A stretch of 64,000 nt of DNA from Candidatus Bathyarchaeia archaeon. GTDB taxonomy: Archaea; Thermoproteota; Bathyarchaeia; TCS64. The first letter of the stretch is position 1; every line of letters begins with the position of its first letter. Positions 48,913 through 59,123 of this stretch are shown here, in pieces. Under the pieces are notes generated by a model, which did no database searches, was not told the origin of the DNA, and worked only from the letters and a program-made list of their open reading frames with translations. The stretch covers positions 22,850 to 86,849 of the forward strand of contig JBEKDF010000009.1 of NCBI GenBank assembly GCA_050014495.1, in the 5' to 3' direction. Made by a program: the position numbers and the translations under genes.

Positions 48913-49911
48913 TTGATTGTGGATATGCATGCTCACGTCTTCACTAGGGAGGCACTAGCGGGGCTGGATAAGAAGTATAGACGGTACGCTCCTCAACTCA
49001 TGGTTGAGGGGGGGAAGTACCTCATAGTAACGGGGGAGAGGTCGAGTGGCCCTATGGATCAGATGTTGGGGTTCAGCGATGTGGATGGGCGGCTCAAGGC
49101 CATGGATGGGGCGGGAGTTGATGTTCAGGTCGTGTCGGTCACACCGGGAAACTTCTGCTATGATGTACCTCTCGAGGCAGCCAAGGCGATCGCAGTGGCA
49201 CAGAACGATGCGATTGCTGATATGGTGGAGGATTACCCGAGCAGGTTTGTGGGATGCGCTACGGTGCCCCTCCAAGACCCCGAGGCAGCGGTGAGAGAGC
49301 TGGATCGTTGTGTTCGTGACCTGGGATTCAAGAGCGTCGAGATCGGGTCGAATGTGGCGGGTAGAAATCTAGACTCGCCTGAGTTGATGCCTTTCTACGC
49401 GGAGGCGGAGAGACTAGAGACGCCTATTGTGGTTCACCCTATTAATAATGCTGGGGCTGATCGGATGGGGAGGTACTATCTCGGTAATATAGTTGGAAAT
49501 CCGTTGGAGACGACCCTCGCAATTGGGAGTGTGGTTTTGGGTGGTGTCCTTGAGAGGTTTAGGATGCTGACGTTCTGTTGGGGGCATGGTGGGGGCTTCT
49601 GGCCTTACCAGATCGGGCGTTTTGACCATGGTTATGATGTGCGCCTTGAGTCGAAGGCGAATATACCAAAACCTCCAAGCAGATACTCCTCACGGATGTA
49701 TTACGATACAATAACCCATTCGGAGGGTGCCCTGAAGTACCTCATCTCCTCCATGGGGGCTGGTAACGTCCTCTATGGCACTGACTTCCCATGGGATATG
49801 GGGGACTACGATGCGATCCCGATGATAAGGGGGATGAGAGGAGTCGAGGCTGAGGACAAGGCTATGATACTCGGCGAAACTAGCGCAAGACTCTTCAGGA
49901 TTAGGCTGTAA
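48913..49911 (+). CDS. Amidohydrolase_2 (ACMSD-like) protein
   Basis: DMHAH, VHP, HGGG and YGTDFP. Confidence 0.88.
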   Translation: MIVDMHAHVFTREALAGLDKKYRRYAPQLMVEGGKYLIVTGERSSGPMDQMLGFSDVDGRLKAMDGAGVDVQVVSVTPGNFCYDVPLEAAKAIAVAQNDAIADMVEDYPSRFVGCATVPLQDPEAAVRELDRCVRDLGFKSVEIGSNVAGRNLDSPELMPFYAEAERLETPIVVHPINNAGADRMGRYYLGNIVGNPLETTLAIGSVVLGGVLERFRMLTFCWGHGGGFWPYQIGRFDHGYDVRLESKANIPKPPSRYSSRMYYDTITHSEGALKYLISSMGAGNVLYGTDFPWDMGDYDAIPMIRGMRGVEAEDKAMILGETSARLFRIRL

Positions 49912-49960
49912 ACTTCTATCAGTATTATTAGGCGGCGTCTCCTGTTATCCACTGATCGAA

Positions 49961-50803
49961 TTGAAGTTTTACCTCACAGGGCTCGGTAACCTCGCCGAGA
50001 ACCAAGAATACATAACAAAGTCGATTGTAGCAGCGGATCGCCTCGGCTTCGACGGAGCTCTTATGCCTGACCATTACATGTGGGGCGACGAGATAGGGCA
50101 CAGTATGAAGAACCCCTACAACACTCTGGAGACTTGGACAACCCTAAGCTACCTCGCTGGGAAGACTGAACACATTTGCCTAGGGACGCTCGTGACCCCT
50201 CTGGGACTTAGGCACCCAGGTATGCTTGCTAAGATGTTAGCGACACTGGACAATTTATCTGGCGGGAGGGTTGTCCTCGGCGTTGGAGCGGGGTGGAGTC
50301 AGGTCGAGTTCAAGGGTTACAGCAGCTGGCTCGAACCCGCTGAGAGGGTGGGAAAGACCGTGGAAGCGCTTAATGTGATCCTTGCTCTTTGGTCGGAGGA
50401 TAGTGTCACACACCACGGTAAGTTTTACGATCTCGAAGGCGCGGTGTTATCACCCAAGCCCATTCAGAGGCCACACCCGAGGCTGCTCTTTGGGAGTCAG
50501 GGCAAGAGGATGCTGAGGATGACGGGTCGTTATGGTGACATCTACTTTGTGCCGCCTTGGGCACAAGCGAAGTCTATGGAGATTATCGCGGAGGTGAGGA
50601 CGGCTGCGGAGGAGGCGAGTCGGAAGGTCCCTGCATTGATGCTGGGCATCATGGACTCGAGAGCGTATAGTGCATCCGAGTACGCGAACGGTGTGGAGGA
50701 GGCGGCGAAGATTGGAGCAGAATATTATGCCATCGCCTTCCCTAGGGAAGACCCGACTGCGATGAGCAGGTTCTCCAACGAGGTTATGCGATCCTATCAA
50801 TGA
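49961..50803 (+). CDS. Luciferase-like (LLM) flavin/F420 oxidoreductase
   Basis: GFD...PDHY, LGTLVT, RHP..LAK and GRVVLGVGAGW. Confidence 0.9.
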   Translation: MKFYLTGLGNLAENQEYITKSIVAADRLGFDGALMPDHYMWGDEIGHSMKNPYNTLETWTTLSYLAGKTEHICLGTLVTPLGLRHPGMLAKMLATLDNLSGGRVVLGVGAGWSQVEFKGYSSWLEPAERVGKTVEALNVILALWSEDSVTHHGKFYDLEGAVLSPKPIQRPHPRLLFGSQGKRMLRMTGRYGDIYFVPPWAQAKSMEIIAEVRTAAEEASRKVPALMLGIMDSRAYSASEYANGVEEAAKIGAEYYAIAFPREDPTAMSRFSNEVMRSYQ

Positions 50804-50997
50804 CGACCCGTTGAGTCATGGGTTGCGAATCGCTTGTATGTTATCACTCGTCGTCACGCGCGTCTAATGGTCTCCATGACGAGCGCGCAGTCTAGCCACA
50901 CTTTTCTAAGTGATACATTAAGATCCTGACCATCATATACATGCGAAAGCGAACGGGTTCAAATAACACGAAATGAGTCAATTACAGGGTATTAGAA

Positions 50998-51573
50998 ATG
51001 GTTGATTCCAAGGTTCTGAATGTCATCAAGCAGCGTCGTAGCATCAGGGACTATTCTGATCAGGAGATCGAGCAGGAGAAGCTCGACATCATACTTGAAT
51101 CCGCTCGGCTTGCTCCCTCGGCAACTAACGCCCAGGACTGGTTCTTCTACATCGTTAAGAGTAGGGAGACTAGGGAGAAGATAGCTGCGTCTGAGCCACT
51201 CATGGCTAACCAGTTTCTGCGGAAGGCTCCGATCGTGATCGTTGGCTGCGAGAGGTCTCAGGGGGTGGTCGGTGCAGCCACTGGAGCGGTGCTCAAGGTG
51301 ATGGGCGCACGCGACAGAGGCTGGGCTGATGTGGATGTTACTATTGCTCTCGAACACATGGTTTTGACGGCGACGGATCTTGGTATCGGCAGCTGTTGGG
51401 TGGGGATGTTTGATGGTCGTAGGGTATCGGGGATTCTTGACTTACCTGGGGATCAGCATATCGTTGCTTTGCTGGCTTTAGGGTATCCCGCTGCTCCGTC
51501 TACTGGTGACTCTATTGGTGGAGTTAGGGGGAGCTCGAGGGTGAGTTTGAAGGATATCACGAAGATAATCTAG
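50998..51573 (+). CDS. Nitroreductase-family protein
   Basis: RRSIRDY, APSATNAQDW and GIGSCW. Confidence 0.9.
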   Translation: MVDSKVLNVIKQRRSIRDYSDQEIEQEKLDIILESARLAPSATNAQDWFFYIVKSRETREKIAASEPLMANQFLRKAPIVIVGCERSQGVVGAATGAVLKVMGARDRGWADVDVTIALEHMVLTATDLGIGSCWVGMFDGRRVSGILDLPGDQHIVALLALGYPAAPSTGDSIGGVRGSSRVSLKDITKII

Positions 51574-51682
51574 AGTTTAATGAGAAGATGTGCTCCATAG
51601 TCTAACTCTTTCGCTGGCGTGGTCAAATTGATAATAATGAACGCGTTGATTCTACTATTCACACGCGATAATTATTAGAGGA

Positions 51683-52615
51683 CTAGGGGAAGTAGTCGAT
51701 CCTCACTTCTCTAGCTCTCTTATCTAATTCATTTAGCTCCTCTCTGGTTAGCTGTATGTCGGCTGAGTATGCGTTCTCCTCAGCCTGAGACGCGTTCTTC
51801 GCTCCGGGTATTGGTATAACGATGGGGTTCGAGGAAAGCCAACTGAGTGCTACTTGTCCATTCGTTATTTGGTGTTTCTGGGCTATTTCCGAGAGAGAAG
51901 AGTTGAGCTTCTCCACCTGCTCGATGTTCTTTGGCAAGAAGAGTCTGTTGGAGCCCCTAGGGTCACCGCTTGGGACGATGTCTCTTCTGTATTTGCCAGT
52001 CAATGCGCCCTGCGCGAGTGGGCTCCATGCCATTATCGAGATTCCCTCCCTCTTACAGTAGGGAAGTACCTCCTCCTCGATGTTCCTCTGAAGCATGTTG
52101 TATCTCACCTGGTTGGAGACGATGTCTGTTCTTGAGAGGTATGAGCGTGCCTCTTCTAGGTCCCTGATAGCGAAGTTGCTGACTCCGATCGCCCTGATCC
52201 TCCCCTCCATGTAGAGCTTCTCGAGTGCCCTCATAGTGTCTCTCATGGGGATCTGCTCCCATGGGTCGGGCCAGTGAACCTGATAGAGATCGATCTCTTT
52301 GACGCCTAGCCTTGCGGCGCTAGCTAGACACGCTCTCTGAAGTTCATCGTACCTGAGGTGCGCATCCTTGACCTTTGACGCTATCACGAACTCCTCGCGT
52401 CCTATCTCCTTCAAGGCGCGGCCGAGGACCTCCTCGCTGTGCCCGTTTCCATAGGCCTCAGCCGTGTCGATGAGGTTGACGCCTAGCTCATGGGATCGTT
52501 GTATCGCTTTGATTATGGCTTCGTCATCGCCCTTCCACTCAGCGCTTGCCTGCCAGACGCCTAATCCGATTTTAGAGACTTTGATGCCGCTTTTTCCTAG
52601 GAATGTGTATTCCAT
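51683..52615 (-). CDS. Aldo/keto reductase
   Basis: IDTAEAYG, IDLYQVHWP, IGVSNF and SPLAQG. Confidence 0.93.
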   Translation of the reverse strand: MEYTFLGKSGIKVSKIGLGVWQASAEWKGDDEAIIKAIQRSHELGVNLIDTAEAYGNGHSEEVLGRALKEIGREEFVIASKVKDAHLRYDELQRACLASAARLGVKEIDLYQVHWPDPWEQIPMRDTMRALEKLYMEGRIRAIGVSNFAIRDLEEARSYLSRTDIVSNQVRYNMLQRNIEEEVLPYCKREGISIMAWSPLAQGALTGKYRRDIVPSGDPRGSNRLFLPKNIEQVEKLNSSLSEIAQKHQITNGQVALSWLSSNPIVIPIPGAKNASQAEENAYSADIQLTREELNELDKRAREVRIDYFP

Positions 52616-52798
52616 AATTCCGTTACTCCTTCAGATTGGTTCCGATTAATCCTCTAATAGAATCGATTTTAAACGTTTCATATGAGAATGATGGGCGCGC
52701 GCACGCAGAGGAGGTTCTAGCTAAGATTAAGGAGCTAAAAAAGTGACTTCGATGTGATGAGTTTTTAATTATGTAATAAGGGTAGCACGATCTATTGT

Positions 52799-53290
52799 GT
52801 GATGAGATACAATACGGATCCTCATTTTGTTGGTTATGAGGTTCTAAAGAACAGGCAGAGAAAACAATTGGAATCCTTCGAGGAGTGGACGATCAATAGG
52901 CGTTGGAGCAGCTTCCACACCAACCACTACGATTGGTGGATGTTCCCAATCGATGAGCCAAGCAGATACGGCTACGCTTGGACAGTTTATGATGGCGACA
53001 TTGCTGAGCTCGTGAAGGATGAGGCCTATATCCGTAACTATCTCCGTGGAGTAGAGTTGCTCGCCCTCTCCTGGGGATGGAACCTGGCGAATGGGTTGTA
53101 TGTAACAAATTTTGATGAGGATCAGGTCTGGCAGGATTGGCCGATTAGGCTTTATAAGGCGTCGAAGTCTCTGAAGCTGTTCGGTTTCGACCGCCTCTTC
53201 GAGTCACTGAGGACTTATGCGAACGATTTAATGAATAAAGGTGAAAGTTTTGAGTATAATGGAAGGGACCTCAGCCTCCTATTCCGATGA
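52799..53290 (+). CDS. Hypothetical protein, OGFr/DUF1810-like
   Basis: HYDWWMFP..EPS and RLYK...SL..FG. Confidence 0.5.
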   Translation: MMRYNTDPHFVGYEVLKNRQRKQLESFEEWTINRRWSSFHTNHYDWWMFPIDEPSRYGYAWTVYDGDIAELVKDEAYIRNYLRGVELLALSWGWNLANGLYVTNFDEDQVWQDWPIRLYKASKSLKLFGFDRLFESLRTYANDLMNKGESFEYNGRDLSLLFR

Positions 53291-53391
53291 TCCGCGTCGA
53301 TAGATAGGTTGTAAACGTTCCCAGAACGCCAGACTAGATCATTGTAAATCAATATAAATTGACCAATGTCACTCAATCGAGTGACTGAGTT

Positions 53392-53937
53392 ATGAACAGC
53401 GATAACTTGAGTTTGGAGGAAGTACTCAGGGTAGCTAGGAATGCCTTCGTGGAGAGGAAGCTGGGGGATATTGTTGTTGCCTCAACGAGGGGGGACACGG
53501 GTTTGGCTGCGGCCCGCATCTTCGATGGTACCAAGGCGAACCTCGTCGTGGTGGGTCACAGCGTAGGATTCAAAGAGCCTAATCTGAACAGCTTCAGCCA
53601 GGAGGCGAGGAGGGAGATTGAGGCGCTGGGTGGGAAAGTTCTCCAGAGCACGATGCCATTCCACTCCATTAATGATGCTATCCGGGTTAAGTCGGGGACC
53701 TCGATCGAGACTCTGATAGCTGACACCCTTCGAATGATGGGTCAGGGGACCAAGGTCTGTGTTGAGATTGTTGCGATGGCCTGTGATAATGGCTTGTTGG
53801 AGAGTGGAAGGAGTGTACTCGCCATAGCGGGCACGGGGACGGGTGCGGACACCGTTTTGGTCATAAGGTCCGCTAACAGTAAGCGGCTCTTCGATATTAG
53901 GGTATTAGATGTTGTAGCAAAGCCTGAGAAGATATGA
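53392..53937 (+). CDS. Pyruvate-kinase C-terminal-like domain protein
   Basis: VVASTRG.T, H..GF, GQG.KVCVEI and GADT. Confidence 0.8.
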   Translation: MNSDNLSLEEVLRVARNAFVERKLGDIVVASTRGDTGLAAARIFDGTKANLVVVGHSVGFKEPNLNSFSQEARREIEALGGKVLQSTMPFHSINDAIRVKSGTSIETLIADTLRMMGQGTKVCVEIVAMACDNGLLESGRSVLAIAGTGTGADTVLVIRSANSKRLFDIRVLDVVAKPEKI

Positions 53938-53960
53938 AATGATGAACTATGCATGCGCGC

Positions 53961-54169
53961 AGTCGTGTTATGTACCTGAGGATCAGTACATGTTCGGGCC
54001 CGAGATTATGGTGGCGCCTGTGCTTGAGTTGGGGGCTCGGAGTCGATGTGTCTACCTTCCCTCTGGTGTTAGGTGGCGTGAGGGTGATACGGGGTTTGTT
54101 CGTGAGGGGGGTGTGTGGATTGATGTCGCTGCGCCACTGGATATGATCCACCATTTTTACAGGTTGTAA
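53961..54169 (+). pseudogene. C-terminal fragment of a GH31 glycoside hydrolase
   Basis: EDQYMFGPEIMVAPV...VYLP...W...APLD; begins right after GCGCGC. Confidence 0.75.
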
Positions 54170-54263
54170 ACTCGCATGCACGACTTTTAGAAATTGAAGA
54201 ATCCATCGAAACTCATTTTTGTTTATTATGCTCGCTCGTTTTGTTAGTTCTAGGTGAGTAAGC

Positions 54264-55367
54264 TTGGCGAGCAAACTGGACTTCTACGATGTCTTAGGGG
54301 TTGGGCCTGAAGCGTCCCAAGATGAGATAAAACGTGCATTCCGTAAGCTCGCCTTCAAATATCACCCCGATAGGAACAAGATGCCTAACGCGGAAGAGAA
54401 ATTCAAGGAAGCGTCAGAGGCTTATGCCATTCTATCCGACCCCGAAAAGAGGCGGGAGTATGATGCCCGAGGCTTCGAGGGGATTAAGGAGCAGTATAAG
54501 CCAGAAGACATCTTCAACCGCGGGACATTCCGAGACACTTTTTCAGAGTTTGGCTTCAATGTTGAGGATATCTTTACAAGAATTTTTGGTGGAGGTTTCG
54601 CGTCTCAGGGGGCACGTTCCGAGGCTACACGTGGTCGAGACTTGGATGCCCAGGTGGAGATCACCTTACAGCAAGCGGTATCTGGTACCGAGTTAGAGGT
54701 CACGCTGCCGAGGCTAAAGGGATGCAGCAGGTGCGGTGGGTCAGGCGTCGAACCGGGTAGTCATTCGGTGACGTGCCCAAAGTGTAAGGGCGCTGGGAGA
54801 GTTGAGTATGAAGCTGCATCAGGCTCAGGGCATGTGGTCGTTTTATGTGATCGGTGCAATGGTAGAGGGGTGGTTCCCGGGAGGCCATGTAAGACTTGTG
54901 GGGGGAATGGGCTTGAGGAGAGGCGCGTGAGGCTTCAAGTTAAGGTGCCACCCGGGATCGATAGTGGCGACCACTTAATTCTTAGAGGGCAAGGTGATGA
55001 TGGGCAGTATGGCGGCCCACCTGGAGACTTCTATGTGACGATTAGGATCAAGTCTCATCCATACCTAACCCGGAGGGGAGTGGATCTCATATATGAGGCG
55101 ACTATCAATGTTGCCCAGGCTATTTTAGGAATCGAGGTTAAGGTTCCGACGTTGACGAGTGAGAAGATGATTCGAGTTCCTCCTGGGACGCAGAGTGGCA
55201 CCACCCTTCGGCTGAGGGGGGAGGGAGCAAGCAGTGCTCTGGGAAGAGGAGACGAGCTCGTTCACATCAACGTCAAGATTCCTGAGAAGCTGACTTCCAA
55301 GGTGCAGGATCTTGTGGAGAAGCTCTCAAAGGAGCTCGAGGCAGAGGACCATTTTAGGCGTAAATGA
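54264..55367 (+). CDS. dnaJ: Chaperone DnaJ
   Basis: HPD J-domain and four CxxCxGxG repeats. Confidence 0.93.
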   Translation: MASKLDFYDVLGVGPEASQDEIKRAFRKLAFKYHPDRNKMPNAEEKFKEASEAYAILSDPEKRREYDARGFEGIKEQYKPEDIFNRGTFRDTFSEFGFNVEDIFTRIFGGGFASQGARSEATRGRDLDAQVEITLQQAVSGTELEVTLPRLKGCSRCGGSGVEPGSHSVTCPKCKGAGRVEYEAASGSGHVVVLCDRCNGRGVVPGRPCKTCGGNGLEERRVRLQVKVPPGIDSGDHLILRGQGDDGQYGGPPGDFYVTIRIKSHPYLTRRGVDLIYEATINVAQAILGIEVKVPTLTSEKMIRVPPGTQSGTTLRLRGEGASSALGRGDELVHINVKIPEKLTSKVQDLVEKLSKELEAEDHFRRK

Positions 55368-55608
55368 CAGGACGTGCTTCTGATAATTATCTATTCAGGC
55401 CACTTCATTGCTTCGCATACATTTCGTTGTTTTGGGAGAGCAGGCATAAAGTTGGCGTATATGTGCGTGCGTTCGAGCAAGCCTCGATTTCGAGTACGTA
55501 CCTGTCCTTTTCTCCCTCATTTTTATTCTCTAATAGTTCTGGAATGTGCTGGTGGTGGGAAGTCCTATAAACTCTGGTGACGTTGCCTTCAACGTTTCGG
55601 TGCGTTCT

Positions 55609-56745
55609 ATGAAGTACAGGAAGTTTGGAAAGCTCGATTGGAGGCCGTCTGCGTTGGGGTTCGGGGCGATGAGGCTACCAATCCTTGATGGTGATCCGGC
55701 TAAGATCAACGAGCCTCTGGCGATTGAGATGATTCGATACGCCATCGATCATGGCGTCAACTATGTTGACTCGGCGTATATGTACCACCGCGGGAACAGC
55801 GAGATAGTTGTGGGGAAGGCGTTGAGGGATGGCTATAGGGAGAGGGTGAAGCTCGCCACGAAGCTCCCATGCCAGATGGTGAATACCGCGGAGGACTTCG
55901 ACAGGTTCCTTGGGGAGCAGCTGAAGAAGCTTCAGACCGATAAGATCGATTTCTACCTTCTCCACGGTCTGAGGAAAACGAATTGGCCCAAGGTCAGGGA
56001 TCTCGGCGTCGTGAAGTGGGCGGAGGGGAAGTTGGATGAGGGTGTTATCGGTAACCTGGGATTCAGTTTCCACGACGAGCTGCCCCTCTTCAAGGAGATT
56101 GTGGATGTCCGGCCCTGGACTTTCTGCCAGATCCACTACAACTACATGGATAAGAACTACCAGGCTGGGGTTGAGGGGCTGCATTACGCTGCTGATAGGG
56201 GGATCGGGGTCGTGATAATGGAGCCCATCGCGGGTGGTCGCCTCGCAATCAACCCTCCGGAAGCTATAAAGAAGCTCTGGAGGGAGGGCCATCATCGTTG
56301 GAAGCCGGCTGAGTGGGCGTTACAATGGGTCTGGGATCAGCCAGAAGTATCGCTTGTCCTCAGTGGGATGAGCAACCTGGAGCAGGTTGTCGAGAACGTG
56401 AGGTCCGCGGGTCGCAGTGGCATCGGGAGTCTGACGCCGGAGGATCATGGTCTGCTTGAGAGGATTGCGTCGAAGTACAGGGAGATAGGATACGTTGGGT
56501 GTACGGGATGCGGTTACTGTCAGCCTTGTCCGAGTGGCGTCGCGATCCCCGAGATATTCGGCTTCTTTAACGAGTATTACATGAGGGATAGGGATGATTC
56601 GGTGAAGCAGAGGTATAAGGAGTCGATCAAGCCGGAGAATGCGCCTAAGAACTGTATAAGATGTGGTAAGTGTGAGGAGCTGTGTCCGCAGCATCTACCG
56701 ATTCGGGACCTGCTCAGGGGTGCGGGGGACACCTTCGAAAGGTAG
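55609..56745 (+). CDS. Aldo/keto reductase with a C-terminal 2x[4Fe-4S] domain
   Basis: LGFGAMRLP, DSAYMYH, GFSFH, CTGCGYCQPCP and CIRCGKCEELCPQ. Confidence 0.9.
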   Translation: MKYRKFGKLDWRPSALGFGAMRLPILDGDPAKINEPLAIEMIRYAIDHGVNYVDSAYMYHRGNSEIVVGKALRDGYRERVKLATKLPCQMVNTAEDFDRFLGEQLKKLQTDKIDFYLLHGLRKTNWPKVRDLGVVKWAEGKLDEGVIGNLGFSFHDELPLFKEIVDVRPWTFCQIHYNYMDKNYQAGVEGLHYAADRGIGVVIMEPIAGGRLAINPPEAIKKLWREGHHRWKPAEWALQWVWDQPEVSLVLSGMSNLEQVVENVRSAGRSGIGSLTPEDHGLLERIASKYREIGYVGCTGCGYCQPCPSGVAIPEIFGFFNEYYMRDRDDSVKQRYKESIKPENAPKNCIRCGKCEELCPQHLPIRDLLRGAGDTFER

Positions 56746-56920
56746 CGAACCTGCTAAATTTACATTTATGCCCGGCTCGATTTGCGTGAGCACTACTGTA
56801 TTACACTACTAATGGGCTGTCAGATGTTTTCGGGTATGGCTTTGGACTCAACCTTGAGACGTGTATAGGTGGCTCCTTCTTGGGCGATGCCTTCACCTGT
56901 ATTACACTCTCAGTGTCTGT

Positions 56921-57000
56921 TGCTGATGACTGCTCATGACTGTCGGTGACTGTCGATGACGGTGACAGCTGATGATGACTGTCGATGACTGCTGATGACT
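56921..57000. repeat. ~10-nt-period tandem repeat (TGYYGATGAC-like)
   Basis: tgctgatgac tgctcatgac tgtcggtgac tgtcgatgac ... gtcgatgact gctgatgact. Confidence 0.8.
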
Positions 57001-57308
57001 TAGTGTCGACATCTACTGTACCATGGCGCGGCATGGGGATTACGATATCCTTTACCTCCTCGTCCATGAATTCATCATTATTATCATTAACAGCATTGTA
57101 ATGACATCATCAGCATCACTGTCATCCATTGTCACGCCTTGCTCCGCAGAAACTGTCTATGGTGTACGCTACTGCTGTATTACACCCTCGCGTTGAATGG
57201 CCATCAGCAGAGCTTTGGGCTTACTTTTGACCAGAGGCGTCGGTAGCTCCTTCTTGAGCACAACCTTCGGCTGTAATACAGTAGCCTGTAATACATAAAC
57301 CGAAGGTT

Positions 57309-57430
57309 CCCGTTGTTGCTTTGCCGAAGACATCCGTTGCTTTGCTGAAGGTTTTTTCAAAGGCTCCCGTTGTTGATTACCGTTAGAAGACGCCCGTTGA
57401 TTACCATTGACGCCCGTTGATGCCCGTTGT
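57309..57430. repeat. Clustered (C)CCGTTG repeats
   Basis: cccgttgttg, tccgttgc, cccgttgttg, ccgttag, cccgttga, cccgttga, cccgttgt. Confidence 0.75.
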
Positions 57431-57615
57431 AAAGTGTGGTTTGCTTGTATAGTAGGGCTCTGACCAGCAGGTACGCCTTCTTCAACATCATCATCCATGG
57501 AACTAACTTCCGCTTCTGTAGTTACGGTCACCCTATTACAATGCAGTAACTCCTGTACGGGCTTCTACTAGTCAAGCAGACTTCGGGAGAGTACCGGCTC
57601 CATTCGCACATGTAT

Positions 57616-57966
57616 TCACGTACGCTTACCTTCATCGCGTTCTGATTTCTCCAAGAGTTCCTTTAGATCCTTCTCGTATTTATCCCAGAATTTTCTAGTT
57701 TCAGGAGACAGTTTATTTCTTCTGTACAATTCTCTTATTTCCGTTGGTGGCAGGCCTCTGAGTTCCTCCGGAAAAGGAGGTGAAGGTTCCTTCAATCCTC
57801 CAATGTTTCTATACTCCATTTTAGTGGGACCATTAATTATTTCTTTTTTCTCAACCGCGTTCATGAGTGCTTCTCTTATTACCTCGGTGACATTGATGTC
57901 CAGGTATTTGATTTTCTCTTTCAACTCAACTGGGATTCTGGCGGTGACGATGGCTGATTTAGTCAA
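57616..57966 (-). CDS. Ribbon-helix-helix (CopG/CcdA/VapB-like) protein with a C-terminal extension
   Basis: SAIVTARIPVELKEKIKYLDINVTEVIREAL; TTG start after SD-like GGGGTG. Confidence 0.75.
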   Translation of the reverse strand: MTKSAIVTARIPVELKEKIKYLDINVTEVIREALMNAVEKKEIINGPTKMEYRNIGGLKEPSPPFPEELRGLPPTEIRELYRRNKLSPETRKFWDKYEKDLKELLEKSERDEGKRT

Positions 57967-58456
57967 CTGTATTACACCCCTTCTGACACAGTTTAAGTAG
58001 CGGCCGTAATACACTTGTAAGGTTTATCCCTGTGTGCCTGCTGGTCGCGTACGCAGGAGGACTGTAATACGCCTCTAGCCCTTATGACTGTAATAAATGC
58101 AGGTTCATATTTTTAGCCTGTATACAGGGTTAATGTTGAATATACGCACAGAACCACACTACTAGTACCATCCACTGTATTCCCACTAACATCTGCGGAG
58201 GTGGTTGCCCTGTTTTTTGAGATGTGGTCGTCTGTTGTCTCTACTGGTGGAGATGACTGTATTACACCTGCGCATGAATAACCTGATTATTTTTTAATAG
58301 GCTAGCCTAATATGGTGTGATGAGCCACCTGTATACACATGTTAGTAACTGAGTGAATTCTACGACTGATAATTGGTACATGCAAAAAATTGACTTTGGA
58401 TATCTTTATTCCAAGAGTTCACAAAAAAGGGAAAAATTGTGTTTACTACGCGTCTT

Positions 58457-58708
58457 TTACTTCTTCTCTAGATAGGCGATGTTGTTGACTACCGATACCT
58501 CTATCTGGTTACCCATGTCCCTTGCATCGATCCTCTTTTTCAACTGAGTGCGGATATAGTTCGCGTCCTTCTCTTTTATGTCAACTTTCACTAGTTTAGA
58601 CTTGCTATTGCAGAACTGGTCGATTATCGGATCGTACTTACTTCCCTTTCTGTACCTTCTACTGGGTTTCTTTTCAACATCAACTAACTTGAATGATACA
58701 TCAGCCAT
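58457..58708 (-). CDS. Small basic hypothetical protein, probable nucleic-acid binder
   Basis: 83 aa, Lys/Arg-rich KKPSRRYRKGSKYDPIID, own TATA (TTTATTAA). Confidence 0.75.
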   Translation of the reverse strand: MADVSFKLVDVEKKPSRRYRKGSKYDPIIDQFCNSKSKLVKVDIKEKDANYIRTQLKKRIDARDMGNQIEVSVVNNIAYLEKK

Positions 58709-58720
58709 ATTTATTCACTC

Positions 58721-58809
58721 ATATGATGAGTCATCATATAGTTAATAAATTTATTCTATAATCCAATTTAATATTTGGTATAGTTACTCTCTTCATATAA
58801 GAGTAACTA
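58721..58809. promoter_or_regulatory. Two perfect palindromes in the promoter of the 83-aa gene
   Basis: ATATGATGA-G-TCATCATAT (58721-58739) and TAGTTACTCT-N9-AGAGTAACTA (58781-58809). Confidence 0.7.
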
Positions 58810-59123
58810 CATTTATCCCATTTACTTCATCTTCCTCCGGATCTTCCTGCCATATGCGATCTTCGTATTGATTATAGGATCCCCGGATTCCCTCTCCTTC
58901 AGATAACCCACAGACTTATACAGATTTTACAGAGTTTATCCGTGGGGTAGGAAGAGGGAAACTACTCTCATGTTCGATTCCCTAACTACTTTACCCATCT
59001 TTTAACACCAAAGAGACCATTGTCTCTAACAGAATGGTGCTATTTGTGGTTTTTAAGATAAACTAGAACCATGCAAAAATGTTCTAAAGATGCGTGTGAT
59101 TCCTCATTTTGCGCGCGCGCATG

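Larger units (their letters stand above)
56797..58338. repeat. Dispersed near-palindromic TGTAWTACA motif array
   Basis: Perfect copies start at 56797, 56898, 57176, 57272, 57287, 57968 and 58258; near copies at 58005, 58063, 58089, 58119 and 58330. Confidence 0.85.

Noticed and set aside
56801..57531. Minus-strand ORFs of 88 and 120 aa
   Set aside because: Low-complexity translations of DNA motif arrays, partly with a non-triplet period; no protein motif
56797..58338. Possible CRISPR array or ORB-type origin
   Set aside because: Repeats are only 9-11 nt and irregularly spaced; no cas or cdc6 gene and no ORB G-string consensus
58316..58370. Possible box C/D sRNA (GTGATGA...CTGA...CTGA)
   Set aside because: Guide lengths are wrong and there is no credible C' box
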